A stretch of 64,000 nt of DNA from an uncultured Acidobacteriaceae bacterium (GCA_964563425.1 CAZLWY010000243.1:4247-68246); one strand, 5' to 3'; shown: positions 1 through 9,631, numbered from the stretch's first letter. Numbers and translations are program-made. The notes: a model not told the origin generated them from the letters alone.

Positions 1-1227
1 TTCAGCTGGCAGGTCTACGCCGGAATCGGCGTGGCCGGAATTCGGCGGCCGGTTTTCTGGGGCTTCTACATCACGAACTTCGTTTTCTGGATCGGTTTGA
101 GCCATGCCGGTACGCTGATTTCCGCGATCCTGCGCCTCGCGAACGCGACCTGGCGCCGGCCGGTCACTCGCTGCGCCGAAGTGATCACCGTATTCGCTCT
201 CTCGATCGGCGCCACGTTTCCAATCATCCATCTCGGCCGGCCATGGCTGGCCTTCTGGCTTTTCCCCTATCCCAGCGAGCGCGGCATCTGGCCCAACATC
301 CGCTCCCCGCTGCTGTGGGACTTCTTTGCGATCAACACGTATCTGCTGGGCAGCGTCACCTTCCTTCTGCTGCCCATGATTCCGGACTTGGCGCTGATTC
401 GTGATCGCGCCATCGGCCTGCGCAAGAGGATCTATACCATCGTCGCGCTCGGATGGCGCGGCACGCCGAAGCAGTGGCATCGTTTGGAATCCGCCATGCA
501 GATCATGGCCGTCGCTGTGATCCCGGTCGCCGTCTCCGTGCACAGCATCGTTTCCTGGGACTTCGCGATGGCGCCGGTGCCGGCATGGCACTCGACGATC
601 TTTGCTCCCTACTTTGTTTGCGGCGCGATCTTCAGCGGCATCGCCGCGCTGATTATTGCCATGGCGCTGCTGCGCAAGTTCCTTGGTCTTGAGGACTACC
701 TGCTGCGCATTCACTTTGAAAATCTGGGCAAGCTTCTGCTGGTGATGAGCCTGCTCTGGTTCTATTTCGTTTTCGCCGAGCGGCTCACTGTCTGGTACGG
801 CAACGATCCGTCGGAGATGACGGTTTTCTGGGTCACGCAGACCGGATCGTTCTCGCCGCTGTTCTGGCTGATGGTGGTGTGCAACTTTGTGATTCCGTTC
901 CCGATTTTGGCGATCAAGAAGCTGCGGACCATCACGGGATGTGTGATCGCGTCGATCGGCGTCGTGATCGGGATGTGGCTCGAGCGCTTCCTGATCATCG
1001 TTCCGTCGCTATCGCACAAGTATCTGCCCTACAGCTTTGGCACCTACCGGCCGACGTGGGTTGAAATCACCATCACCGCGGGGACCTTTGCTGGCATGGC
1101 GATGCTCTACATGATTTTCGCCAAGACCGTGCCGATCATTTCGATCTGGGAGCTGAAGGCCGCGCCGGAGGCGCGATCCAATCACGCGCCGGCGCTCGCT
1201 CCGGTTCCCGACTCAGGAGCCGACTAG
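1..1227 (+). CDS. NrfD/PsrC-family integral membrane quinol-interacting subunit (ActC-like); 5' end probably outside the window
   Basis: Frame 1 is open from nt 1 (FSWQVYAGIG..) into the 398-aa ORF. Polytopic hydrophobic protein with NrfD-type stretches (FWIGLSHAGTLISAILRL, RPWLAFWLFPYP, WHSTIFAPYFVCGAIFSG). The next gene starts 1 nt after its stop and is ActD/DUF3341-like. Confidence 0.8.
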   Translation, partial: FSWQVYAGIGVAGIRRPVFWGFYITNFVFWIGLSHAGTLISAILRLANATWRRPVTRCAEVITVFALSIGATFPIIHLGRPWLAFWLFPYPSERGIWPNIRSPLLWDFFAINTYLLGSVTFLLLPMIPDLALIRDRAIGLRKRIYTIVALGWRGTPKQWHRLESAMQIMAVAVIPVAVSVHSIVSWDFAMAPVPAWHSTIFAPYFVCGAIFSGIAALIIAMALLRKFLGLEDYLLRIHFENLGKLLLVMSLLWFYFVFAERLTVWYGNDPSEMTVFWVTQTGSFSPLFWLMVVCNFVIPFPILAIKKLRTITGCVIASIGVVIGMWLERFLIIVPSLSHKYLPYSFGTYRPTWVEITITAGTFAGMAMLYMIFAKTVPIISIWELKAAPEARSNHAPALAPVPDSGAD

Positions 1228-1228
1228 G

Positions 1229-1750
1229 ATGGCTTCGACCAACTCGATCTACGGTCTGTTCCCTGGGCCTGACTCGGCAGATCGCGGCGTACGGGCGTTG
1301 CGTGCGGCCGGCGTGGCCCAGGAAAAAATTCTCGTGATGTCGTCCGAGCCCTATGATGAATATTCGTTCACCCGCGCCGAGCACAAGACGCTCATGCCCT
1401 GGCTCGCCACGGCCGGCGGCATCGTTGGCAGCATTTGCGGCTACCTGCTTGCGCGCGTGACGCAGGTGTCGTATCCGATCACCGTCGGCAACATGCCGCG
1501 CGTCTCCCAGTTTCCCACGGCCATTGTGACGTACGAAGTCACCATGTTCGGCGCGGTCCTGACCACTGTCATCACGCTGCTGATAACCGCACGGCTCGCC
1601 CGCAAGCGTCCCGAGCCTTATGATCCGGAAATTTCCAACGGGAAAATACTGATTGGAGTCGTCGATCCGGCCGATTCCGCCCGCGCCCAGCTGGAGGATT
1701 CGCTCCGCCAGGCCGGCGCGGAAGAAATCAAATCGACAGGTTCCCGCTGA
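1229..1750 (+). CDS. DUF3341/ActD-like membrane protein (partner of NrfD-type subunits in alternative-complex-III-like clusters)
   Basis: 173 aa. Soluble N-terminal part (IYGLFPGPDSADRGVRALRAAG), then two hydrophobic helices. Tightly coupled to the upstream NrfD-like gene. Confidence 0.65.
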   Translation: MASTNSIYGLFPGPDSADRGVRALRAAGVAQEKILVMSSEPYDEYSFTRAEHKTLMPWLATAGGIVGSICGYLLARVTQVSYPITVGNMPRVSQFPTAIVTYEVTMFGAVLTTVITLLITARLARKRPEPYDPEISNGKILIGVVDPADSARAQLEDSLRQAGAEEIKSTGSR

Positions 1751-1787
1751 ACGCAAGCCATCGTCGAGGCTCTGAGCTGTTCGCGGA

Positions 1788-1988
1788 TTATCTGGAAAAA
1801 TAGTAATCCAGTACCCATTCGCCCGATTCGGAATCGAAGCGCATCGAATCAAACGCTTTTGTCTGCGTGACCGGCGACTCTTCGGTCAGCCCGAACTGGT
1901 CGATTACAAACGGACGCACCTCGTCGCGAAATTTCTCCCAGAGTTTCTCGCGATTCGCAGCCCTTATTTCACCACCCAAGCCGCCCAT
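1788..1988 (-). CDS. small hypothetical protein (66 aa)
   Basis: ATG at 1988 preceded by AGGAGGA (reverse complement of 1994-2000). It is the 3' end of the 254-aa track ORF, whose upstream part looks non-coding. Sequence MGGLGGEIRAANREKLWEKFRDEVRPFVIDQFGL.. looks like a soluble protein. Confidence 0.45.
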   Translation of the reverse strand: MGGLGGEIRAANREKLWEKFRDEVRPFVIDQFGLTEESPVTQTKAFDSMRFDSESGEWVLDYYFSR

Positions 1989-2109
1989 CGAATCCTCCTG
2001 CTGAGGGAAAGAGTCCGCTGAATCCAACGAAAGCGGTAGAAATGGCGCGAGGCCTCGCCGTTCGGACGGCCTCGCACCCTTGACCGTGAGCGATTCCGGC
2101 TCTCGCGCA

Positions 2110-2304
2110 TTAGCGGTTGCGCGATTGCTTGGGCTTCTTCTCGTGCCGACGAACAATCTTCTCCGCGCGTTCGGGCAGGCGTCCTGTGGTGCGGTCGGGC
2201 TCGTGCTTGTTGCCCGCGCGGTTGATATCGGCCGCGCCGTCGATCGGCGTAAGGCCCGGATTACGTTCGTCGTTTTGCATGTTGCGCGCGTCGTTGGTTG
2301 GCAT
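2110..2304 (-). CDS. small highly charged hypothetical protein (64 aa)
   Basis: Codon third positions are strongly G/C-biased (aac, gac, cgc, aag) when read by eye. AAGGAA lies upstream of the ATG. Hydrophilic K/R/E/D/N-rich sequence, just downstream of ku on the same strand. Confidence 0.5.
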   Translation of the reverse strand: MPTNDARNMQNDERNPGLTPIDGAADINRAGNKHEPDRTTGRLPERAEKIVRRHEKKPKQSRNR

Positions 2305-2484
2305 ATCAGAGATTCCTTTCTGGTTGCCGCGATGTTCACCCTACCGGCTGCATTTTCACTATGGCGGACGAGCCGGCGGGGGAACATCGGGCGATGGCTG
2401 TAACGCCGGAGGTGAATGACAATACAGGACGCGGGAAAACCTAGGGGAAATCCGGCAGAACAAAAGCGATGAAAGGCGGCACTG

Positions 2485-3315
2485 CTAACTGGCGTTTCTG
2501 CGTGCGCGCGTGGGAGCCACTGAAACCGGTTTCGGGGCGCCCTTGGCGCCATCTTTCGCGAGACTGCGCTTGAGAGCTTCCATCATGTCGATCACGGGAG
2601 CTTTGGTCGCGGGGCGCGAAGGGACGGTAACCGCTTTTCCTTTCAGTTTCGATTCGATGAGCGCGTTCAAATGCTCCTGGAATTCGTCGCGGTATTGCTC
2701 GGGTTTGAAGGGAGCCGACAGGCTTTGCACCAGCTGGTCGGCGAGCTTCACTTCTTCCGGGCGTAGCTTGGCTTCGTACTTGCGGCCGTAGCCTTCGACC
2801 GCGGCAATCTCATTTGCGTAGTACATGGTGTGCAGCGTCAAGCCATTGTCGCGCGCACGGATGAAAACGGTGTACTCGCGCTGATGCATGGTCACCTTTG
2901 CTACGCCGACTTTTTTCGTATCTTCGAGGGCCTTCAGCAGCAGCGCGTAGGGCTTTTCGGCACGTGGATCCGGCAGCGCGAAATACGACGAGTCGAAATA
3001 AATCGGATCGACTTCGTTTTCCTTGAGAAAGGTGATGATCTCCATTGTCTTGCCCGAGGGCGGCGTGATTTTCTTGATTTCGTCCGCATCGACCAGCACG
3101 TACTGCCCCGTTTCGTATTCGTATCCCTTGATCACTTCGGAGCGATCAACCATGCGGTCGCACGTCGGGCAATAGAGCGGCTGTTTCAGCCGCGTGTTGC
3201 ACTTGTCGTGAATCTGGTGGAGATAGGTTCGCTTGGTTCGGGCGGCGACGTAGAGCCGAATCGGAATCGATACGAGTCCAAACGAAATCATGCCTTTCCA
3301 GACGGAAGCGGCCAT
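2485..3315 (-). CDS. ku: Ku DNA end-binding protein (NHEJ)
   Basis: MAASVWKGMISFGLVSIPIRLYVAAR.. is the canonical bacterial Ku N-terminus. 276 aa with a basic C-terminal tail. Divergent from ligD. Confidence 0.95.
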   Translation of the reverse strand: MAASVWKGMISFGLVSIPIRLYVAARTKRTYLHQIHDKCNTRLKQPLYCPTCDRMVDRSEVIKGYEYETGQYVLVDADEIKKITPPSGKTMEIITFLKENEVDPIYFDSSYFALPDPRAEKPYALLLKALEDTKKVGVAKVTMHQREYTVFIRARDNGLTLHTMYYANEIAAVEGYGRKYEAKLRPEEVKLADQLVQSLSAPFKPEQYRDEFQEHLNALIESKLKGKAVTVPSRPATKAPVIDMMEALKRSLAKDGAKGAPKPVSVAPTRARRNAS

Positions 3316-3510
3316 TGAAAGTCTCCCCGCCCAAAAGGTTACGCGCTTCGCGTGCGGCGGCTATCGGGCAAAGACCTTAGAGGAAACGACGCGGAGGTGT
3401 AATGGGAGCGTTCGCAAACGCAAGAATTGCGGCAGAATCCGCGCGTGGCGTCGCTCGGGAGCTTGCCGGCTCCTGTTCTGGGCGATCATGCAGCCGTATA
3501 CTGGGCCCGC

Positions 3511-6129
3511 ATGTCCGGGCTCACCCAGTACCGGCGTAAACGTGACTTCCGCGCGACTCCAGAGCCGAAAGGCCGGCGCGAAAAATCCTCCCGTCCGATC
3601 TTCGTAGTGCAACGCCATGCGGCCAGCCGGCTGCATTTCGATTTCCGGCTGGAGATTAACGGCGCGCTGGCGTCCTGGGCGGTTCCGAAGGGCCCGCCGG
3701 AGGAGCGTGGTGAGAAACGCCTGGCCATCCACGTGGAAGATCACCCGCTCGATTACGCGAATTTCGAGGGCGAAATTCCGAAAGGGAATTACGGCGCGGG
3801 TCGGGTGCAGATCTGGGACCGCGGGACCTTCGAGGTTGAAGGGCCCCCGAGTGCCGCCGAGCAGGTTGAACGCGGTGATCTGAAGTTTGTTCTGCAGGGC
3901 CAGCGGCTGCGGGGACGCTTTGCGCTGGTGAAGATGCGCAACTCCCAGCGCGGCAATGAATGGCTGCTGATTCGCAAGACGGACCCGGAAACTGGCGAAA
4001 GCGCCGCCGAATCGGGGGCCCGAGACGGTGCGCGGGGCGCGAAGCCTCGCGCCGGCGGAGTCAGGATCGAAGCCTTCGGAGGCCTAGCGGGAGCCAAGAA
4101 AGTTGCCATGCCGGACCAGGTGGCAGTCGAACTGGCGACTTTGGCGGACAAGCCCTTCTCGAGTCCGGATTGGCTGTTTGAGATCAAGTGGGATGGCGAG
4201 CGGGCGCTGGCGTTCATTCGCGATGGAGACGTGGAGCTTCGCTCGCGCTCGGCGCGAAATATCACTGCGGAATACCCCGAGCTGCGCGAGCTGGCCAAGC
4301 AAGTGGATGCGCGCAAAGCGATCCTCGACGGCGAAATCGTGGTGCTTGATGAATCGGGGCGTTCGGAATTCGCGCGTATCCAGCCGCGTTTCGGTGTGCT
4401 GAATCCTCCGCGCTCGTTGCAGGAAAAAGCGCCGGTGACCTATTATGCGTTCGATCTTCTGTATGCGGACGGGTACGATCTGCGCGGCGTCTCTCTGGAA
4501 CAGCGCAAGGAAGAGCTGCGCAAAATACTTTCGGTCTCCGAGCGCGTGCGATTCTCCGATCACCAGGTCGAAAAAGGCCTGGCGCTATTTGAAGTGGCGA
4601 AGCGGGAGGGGCTGGAGGGAATCATCGCCAAGCGGCGCGACAGCGTGTATGCCGGTCGGCGCTCGCCGCAATGGTTGAAATTCAAGATTGTAAGCGACAC
4701 GGATGTGGTGGTCGGCGGATTCACGGCACCGCGAAAAACGCGGGACCATTTCGGCGCTCTTCTGATGGGGCTCTACGACGACGGGAAGCAGCTGGAATAT
4801 ATCGGCAGCGTGGGCACGGGGTTCACGCAGGAATCACTCGATCGCACGTTCAAGACGCTCTCGCAATTGAAAGTCGCCAACAGTCCGTTTCGCGATGCGC
4901 CGCGACTGAAAGAACGCATTACGTGGGTAAAACCGGAGCTGGTGGCGCGCGTCCAGTATGGCAACTGGACCGACGAAGGGAAACTTCGGCAGCCGGTCTT
5001 CCTGGGTTTTCAAGAGAACCGCGAGCCGCAGGATTGCCGGCTCGAAGATCAGGAGTTCACGCATCCAGCCAGGGAAAGCCAGAAAGCGGTGGGAGAGGCA
5101 AAGTACGAGCCTCGCGGCCGGAAAATGGCGGACGCGGGAAAATCGTCTCCCCCTCCGACGGCCTCCTCTCGGAACACGTTGCCTGTAGAAAGCCTCGAAA
5201 AGGAACTGGCGGGCGGCCAAGGAGAATCCATCGAAGTGGAGCTCGAGGGCAAGGCGCTGAGCCTGACGCACCTTAACAAAGTCTGGTTCCCGAAAAACCC
5301 TGTGCTTCGAAAGCGCGATGTGCTCGCTTATTACTGGCGGATCGCGCCGCACATTCTGCCGTTCCTGAAGGATCGCCCGATGGTTCTCAAACGCTATCCG
5401 AACGGCATCGGAGAAAAATTCTTCTTCCAGAAGGCCGCCTCCGCGTCGCGCCCCGCATGGATCAGGACCGTACGGATCGAATCGAAGGAGCGCGGCGAAG
5501 ACATCCCGTACTTTCTCCTGGACGACGTGGCCGACCTGCTCTATCTCACCAATCTGGGTTGCATCGACCACAACCCTTGGTCGAGCCGAGCCGATGACCA
5601 GCGGCACCCCGATTTTGTCTTCTTCGACCTCGATCCGACGGACGGCACATCTTTCGAATCGGTGTTGAGGGTCGCGCGCGCGGTGGAAAAGCATCTGCGA
5701 TCCATTCGGCTGCGCAGCTACCTGAAGACCTCGGGTGCCACCGGGATTCACATTTTCGTCCCGCTGGAGCCCCAAAATACTTACGACGAAGTGCGTCTGT
5801 TTGCCGGCGCTATCGGCCAGAGGGTGGGCGCGGAATTGCCGAATCTGGTCACATCGGAACGAAGCGTAGGCAAGCGGAAGAAGGGAACTGTGCTCATCGA
5901 CGCGCTGCAGAATTCTTTGGGCAAGCCGCTGGCGGCGGTCTATTCGCTGCGTCCGATGCCCGGCGCGCCCGTTTCTACTCCGGTATCTTCCGCCGAACTC
6001 CAAAAAGGATTTCGGCCGGGCGATTTCACGATCGAAGCGATTTTCACTCGCCTGAAGCGCTCGGGCGACCTGTGGCAAGATTTCTGGAAGCATCGCCAAA
6101 ACCTGAAGGAAGCGGTCAACCGCGCATAA
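3511..6129 (+). CDS. ligD: multidomain ATP-dependent DNA ligase LigD (phosphoesterase - ligase - polymerase/primase)
   Basis: Start chosen at the ATG at 3511 (MSGLTQYRRKRDFRATPEP). PE domain: IFVVQRHAASRLHFDFRLE. Ligase adenylation motif: EIKWDGERA. C-terminal Pol domain: MVLKRYPNGIGEKFFFQK, FDLDP, SGATGIHIFVPL. Confidence 0.95.
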   Translation: MSGLTQYRRKRDFRATPEPKGRREKSSRPIFVVQRHAASRLHFDFRLEINGALASWAVPKGPPEERGEKRLAIHVEDHPLDYANFEGEIPKGNYGAGRVQIWDRGTFEVEGPPSAAEQVERGDLKFVLQGQRLRGRFALVKMRNSQRGNEWLLIRKTDPETGESAAESGARDGARGAKPRAGGVRIEAFGGLAGAKKVAMPDQVAVELATLADKPFSSPDWLFEIKWDGERALAFIRDGDVELRSRSARNITAEYPELRELAKQVDARKAILDGEIVVLDESGRSEFARIQPRFGVLNPPRSLQEKAPVTYYAFDLLYADGYDLRGVSLEQRKEELRKILSVSERVRFSDHQVEKGLALFEVAKREGLEGIIAKRRDSVYAGRRSPQWLKFKIVSDTDVVVGGFTAPRKTRDHFGALLMGLYDDGKQLEYIGSVGTGFTQESLDRTFKTLSQLKVANSPFRDAPRLKERITWVKPELVARVQYGNWTDEGKLRQPVFLGFQENREPQDCRLEDQEFTHPARESQKAVGEAKYEPRGRKMADAGKSSPPPTASSRNTLPVESLEKELAGGQGESIEVELEGKALSLTHLNKVWFPKNPVLRKRDVLAYYWRIAPHILPFLKDRPMVLKRYPNGIGEKFFFQKAASASRPAWIRTVRIESKERGEDIPYFLLDDVADLLYLTNLGCIDHNPWSSRADDQRHPDFVFFDLDPTDGTSFESVLRVARAVEKHLRSIRLRSYLKTSGATGIHIFVPLEPQNTYDEVRLFAGAIGQRVGAELPNLVTSERSVGKRKKGTVLIDALQNSLGKPLAAVYSLRPMPGAPVSTPVSSAELQKGFRPGDFTIEAIFTRLKRSGDLWQDFWKHRQNLKEAVNRA

Positions 6130-6239
6130 CGGTGGCAGTGTCCCTCGCGTTACAGCATCCGCAGTATCGGTACTACAGCCGTTACTTGATTGTGACGAAA
6201 AATGCCCACATCTAGTCTGGCTGCTGGAGGGCTTCACCG

Positions 6240-6881
6240 ATGAACATCAGGATTCGCAACATCGCGTTTATGAGTGCACTCGGCGCGGGTGCGCTTCTGG
6301 CGGCCGGATCGGCCGCTCACGCCCAAGCGGGCCGCATGCCGCCATCGGCATCGCCGTACCCCTCGCCAAACGCTGGCCCGGGACCCGGAGCGGCGCCTGA
6401 CGCCACCGTGGCCAACACCGTGAGCGATTCGGACTTCGCAAAAGACGCCGCGCAAGGAGGCATGGCCGAGGTGAAACTCGGACAGCTCGCCCTGGACAAA
6501 GGCACGAGCGACGCCGTCAAGGAATTCGGCAAGAGAATGGTCGACGATCATTCCGCGGCAAACGACAAGCTGAAAACCATCGCGCAGCAGGAAAGTGTGA
6601 ACCTGCCGACGAACCTCAACAAGAAAGACCAGGCGACCTACGACAAGCTCTCGAAGCTTTCCGGAGACGCATTCGACCGCGCCTACGCCCGGGACATGGT
6701 GAAAGATCACCAGGACGACATCGCTGCTTTCCGGCAGGAAGCCAGTAACGGGCAGGACCCGCCGATAAAATCGTTCGCGTCCGACACTCTGCCCACGCTG
6801 CAAGACCACCTGAAGATGGCGCGCGAAATGATGCGCAACGTCAGCCCGTCGAACGCGGCCAAGAACGGGCCCGGCAACTAA
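6240..6881 (+). CDS. exported DUF4142-type protein
   Basis: Signal peptide (ALGAGALLAAGSAAHAQ). Two repeats of the DUF4142-like pattern (DSDFAKDAAQGGMAEVKLGQLAL..MVDDHSAANDKL and FDRAYARDMVKDHQDDIAAF). Confidence 0.8.
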   Translation: MNIRIRNIAFMSALGAGALLAAGSAAHAQAGRMPPSASPYPSPNAGPGPGAAPDATVANTVSDSDFAKDAAQGGMAEVKLGQLALDKGTSDAVKEFGKRMVDDHSAANDKLKTIAQQESVNLPTNLNKKDQATYDKLSKLSGDAFDRAYARDMVKDHQDDIAAFRQEASNGQDPPIKSFASDTLPTLQDHLKMAREMMRNVSPSNAAKNGPGN

Positions 6882-6912
6882 CACAGCCACTCGCGCAGTT
6901 CCAGTCGCAGGT

Positions 6913-6948
6913 CCGGCCATGCTGGCGCCCTTCCGCTCCCATGGCCGG
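6913..6948 (+). terminator. hairpin downstream of the DUF4142 gene (possible terminator)
   Basis: CCGGCCATG (6913-6921) pairs with CATGGCCGG (6940-6948). Only a weak T stretch follows. Confidence 0.3.
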
Positions 6949-7160
6949 GCCGGCGTTTCCCGCCCCCCCCTAGCAGGCGGTTTCTTCCGGGGTTAAGATT
7001 CCCGAAACTCCCTCTGGCGTGGCATCCTCGCGTCGCTCATCAGCGACGGTTTACGAATTTGCGTATAATGACGTCTCCGCTCTGACGTTCGATTTTCGGC
7101 GATTACGGCATCGAAAGGTTGTGTTTTCAGTGCGGTGTAGGCGGGAGGGCGGTCGAGGGT

Positions 7161-9002
7161 ATGGGGCGCCGTACTTTCTCCGAACAGGACGCGATCCGCT
7201 ACGGGCTGGCGATCGTCGCTGCGTTCGCGGCACTCTACCTGCGTTATCTGCTGGATCCGCTCCTCGGCGTCACGAACCCGTATCACGCCGCGTGGCTCGC
7301 GGTTGTTTTTACCGCATGGTATTGCGGTTTGGCGCCGTCGATCCTCGCGACGCTAATAGAAGCCGTCGGCGTCTGGTACTGGTTCGTTCCTCCGCTACAT
7401 TCGGTTTCCGCACTCGATCGGTCGCGAGTCTCTGCTCTGGCGGGTTTCGTGATTTTCTCTGCGGGCATCATCGCGCTGGGCGAATCGAACCGGCGCGGCA
7501 AGTCGAGCCGGGCACGGCTGGCTGCGATCGTCGATTCATCCGACGACGCGATCGTCTCGAAGAACCTAAACGGATTCATCACGAGCTGGAACCGCAGCGC
7601 CGAGCGGATTTTCGGCTGGACCGAAAGCGAAGCCGTGGGCCGGCCGATCACCATCCTGATTCCGCCGGAATTGCAGCATGAAGAAATTGAAATCATGAAA
7701 AAGCTGCGTGCCGGGGAACGTATCGAGCATTTCGAGACGGTGCGCATCACCAAGGGCGGCCGAAGATTCAACGTTTCCGTGACGATTTCTCCGATGAGAG
7801 ATCTTCGTGGCAGCATCATCGGCGCTTCGAAGATCGCACGCGATATCACCCAGCTCAAGCAAATCGAAGCCGCCTCAAGAATCAACCAGGAACGAATTCG
7901 GGCTGCGTTCAGCCAGACATACTCTTTCCTCGTCTTTGTGACCAAGGACGGGACGATCACGGAAGCGAACCGCGCCGCGATCGAAGGCTGCGGATTCACG
8001 CGGGAGGAAGTGATTGGACGGGAATTCTGGGAACCGTGGTGGTCGTCGCTGCCGGATGAAGCGGAGAAGCTGAGACAGTCGGTTGCGCGCGCGGCGGCCG
8101 GCGAAATCGTTCGCGAGGAATGCCACTACTGCATGCGCGACCGCACCGTGGTTCTCTACGCCGATCGGACCGTTTCGCCCGTGCGCGACGAAAGCGGGCG
8201 CGTGGTGATGCTGGTCGCCTCCGGGATCGACATGACCGAACAGAAGGCCCTGCGCGACCAGCTCGAGCAGCGCGTTCAGGCCCGCACCTACGAGCTCGAG
8301 CGGTCGAATACTTCGCTGCGGGAGCTGTCCGGCCGCCTGCTGCAGATGCAGGACGACGAGCGGCGGCGAATCGCACGTGAATTGCACGATAGCATCGGCC
8401 AGCTGCTGGCCGCGTTGAGCATGAACCTTGCGACCGTGTCGCTTGAAAAGCACAAGCTCACTCCGGTCGCACAGGGCTGCATTGACGAGAATGAGGGGTT
8501 GGTGATGCGCGTCTCGGACGAGATTCGGACACTTTCCTACCTGCTGCATCCTCCGCTGCTGGACGAGATCGGCTTGGAATCGGCGCTCAAGGAGTATGTC
8601 GATGGCTTCGCCGCGCGCAGCAAGATCGCCGTGCGGCTGGACATGTCGGCGGATTTCGGCCGGCTCTCCAAAGAAGCGGAAATCGCGCTGTTTCGCGTGG
8701 TGCAGGAATGCCTCACGAATATTCATCGCCATTCAGGCAGCGCGACAGCGGCGATCCGGATCGGACGCGAAAACGGGGTCGTTAGCCTGGAAGTGAAGGA
8801 CGACGGCAAGGGAATACCCGCCGACAAGCTGACGCAAGTGAACGCTAGCGGCACAGTCGGCGTCGGGTTTCGCGGCATGCGCGAGCGGTTGCGGCAATTG
8901 GGCGGCAGCCTGGAGGTACGCTCCGACGAAAAGGGAACGATCGTGGCTGCAACGCTCGAGAATCAACACCCGAACGCCTCCGCCCCCAACCTGGCGAACT
9001 GA
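7161..9002 (+). CDS. sensor histidine kinase: DUF4118-like membrane domain, two PAS domains, HisKA_3 + HATPase (NarL-type)
   Basis: ATG at 7161 after GAGGGT. N-terminal hydrophobic block ending WYWFVPP. Two PAS-like blocks (AIVSKNLNGFITSWNRSAERIFGW; TKDGTITEANRAAIEGCGF). H-box ERRRIARELHDSIGQLL. ATPase N/G boxes (ECLTNIHRHS, DDGKGIP, GVGFRGMRERL). Confidence 0.9.
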   Translation: MGRRTFSEQDAIRYGLAIVAAFAALYLRYLLDPLLGVTNPYHAAWLAVVFTAWYCGLAPSILATLIEAVGVWYWFVPPLHSVSALDRSRVSALAGFVIFSAGIIALGESNRRGKSSRARLAAIVDSSDDAIVSKNLNGFITSWNRSAERIFGWTESEAVGRPITILIPPELQHEEIEIMKKLRAGERIEHFETVRITKGGRRFNVSVTISPMRDLRGSIIGASKIARDITQLKQIEAASRINQERIRAAFSQTYSFLVFVTKDGTITEANRAAIEGCGFTREEVIGREFWEPWWSSLPDEAEKLRQSVARAAAGEIVREECHYCMRDRTVVLYADRTVSPVRDESGRVVMLVASGIDMTEQKALRDQLEQRVQARTYELERSNTSLRELSGRLLQMQDDERRRIARELHDSIGQLLAALSMNLATVSLEKHKLTPVAQGCIDENEGLVMRVSDEIRTLSYLLHPPLLDEIGLESALKEYVDGFAARSKIAVRLDMSADFGRLSKEAEIALFRVVQECLTNIHRHSGSATAAIRIGRENGVVSLEVKDDGKGIPADKLTQVNASGTVGVGFRGMRERLRQLGGSLEVRSDEKGTIVAATLENQHPNASAPNLAN

Positions 9003-9181
9003 GCCTGCTCAAATCCCGGGAGCTCGTAACTCCCGCAAATTCTGGAAACTAGCGCGTTCATTCCGGTTTAACAATTCTCGTCTACGACTATATTCGACGC
9101 GCCTTACAGTGTTTCCTTTATTCAGTACCCGGATCGGGCGGAGTAGCATTTACGGGAATCTTCCTTCCAGAGGAGCCAGCC

Positions 9182-9631
9182 ATGGGCAAGCCTTGGGACA
9201 CCATCGTCGCAATTTCAGATCCGGAAGACCGCCGCAGTCTCGCTAAGATTCTGGGGCAGCTGGGGATCGATGCCATGTGCGTCGGGACGTTGGGCCAGTG
9301 CCGCGAACTTCTCGATAAAGGAGAGGTCGGGCTGGTTTTCTCGAGCGAGTATTTTCCCGACGGCGATTTCCGTGCGCTATTGACGGCGTCTCAGGCGCGC
9401 AAGCTTGGCCCTTCGGTGATTGTGACCAGCCCGCGTATTCGGAAGCGACCACCAGAGGCGATTCAACTGGGCGCGTTGGATGTGATCGGTGTGCCGTTCC
9501 GGCCCACGGATGTCGAATGGGCGGTCATTAAAGCGTCCCGGGGCCGCGAAGCGCTGGCTGAAACGAAACTTGCGTCCCCTCTGGTCTCGCCGGCGAATCG
9601 ATTCGAGAGTTTCGCCCGTCACGCAAGCTAA
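9182..9631 (+). CDS. stand-alone receiver-like (pseudo-receiver) domain protein
   Basis: CheY-like alternation of elements (TIVAISDPED.., GLVFSSEYFPDGDF, SVIVTSP, IGVPF). By-eye alignment to CheY puts Ser at the Asp57 position and Val at the Lys109 position. Confidence 0.6.
   Translation: MGKPWDTIVAISDPEDRRSLAKILGQLGIDAMCVGTLGQCRELLDKGEVGLVFSSEYFPDGDFRALLTASQARKLGPSVIVTSPRIRKRPPEAIQLGALDVIGVPFRPTDVEWAVIKASRGREALAETKLASPLVSPANRFESFARHAS

Noticed and set aside
1788-2552. 254-aa ORF
   Set aside because: Only the 3' 66 codons, with their own SD and ATG, are plausible. The remainder overlaps the ku 3' end and the second small ORF in other frames and looks non-coding.
4834-6237. 467-aa ORF antisense to ligD
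   Set aside because: A shadow ORF typical of GC-rich DNA. It has low-complexity R/A/G-rich translation and lies fully inside the well-supported ligD frame.
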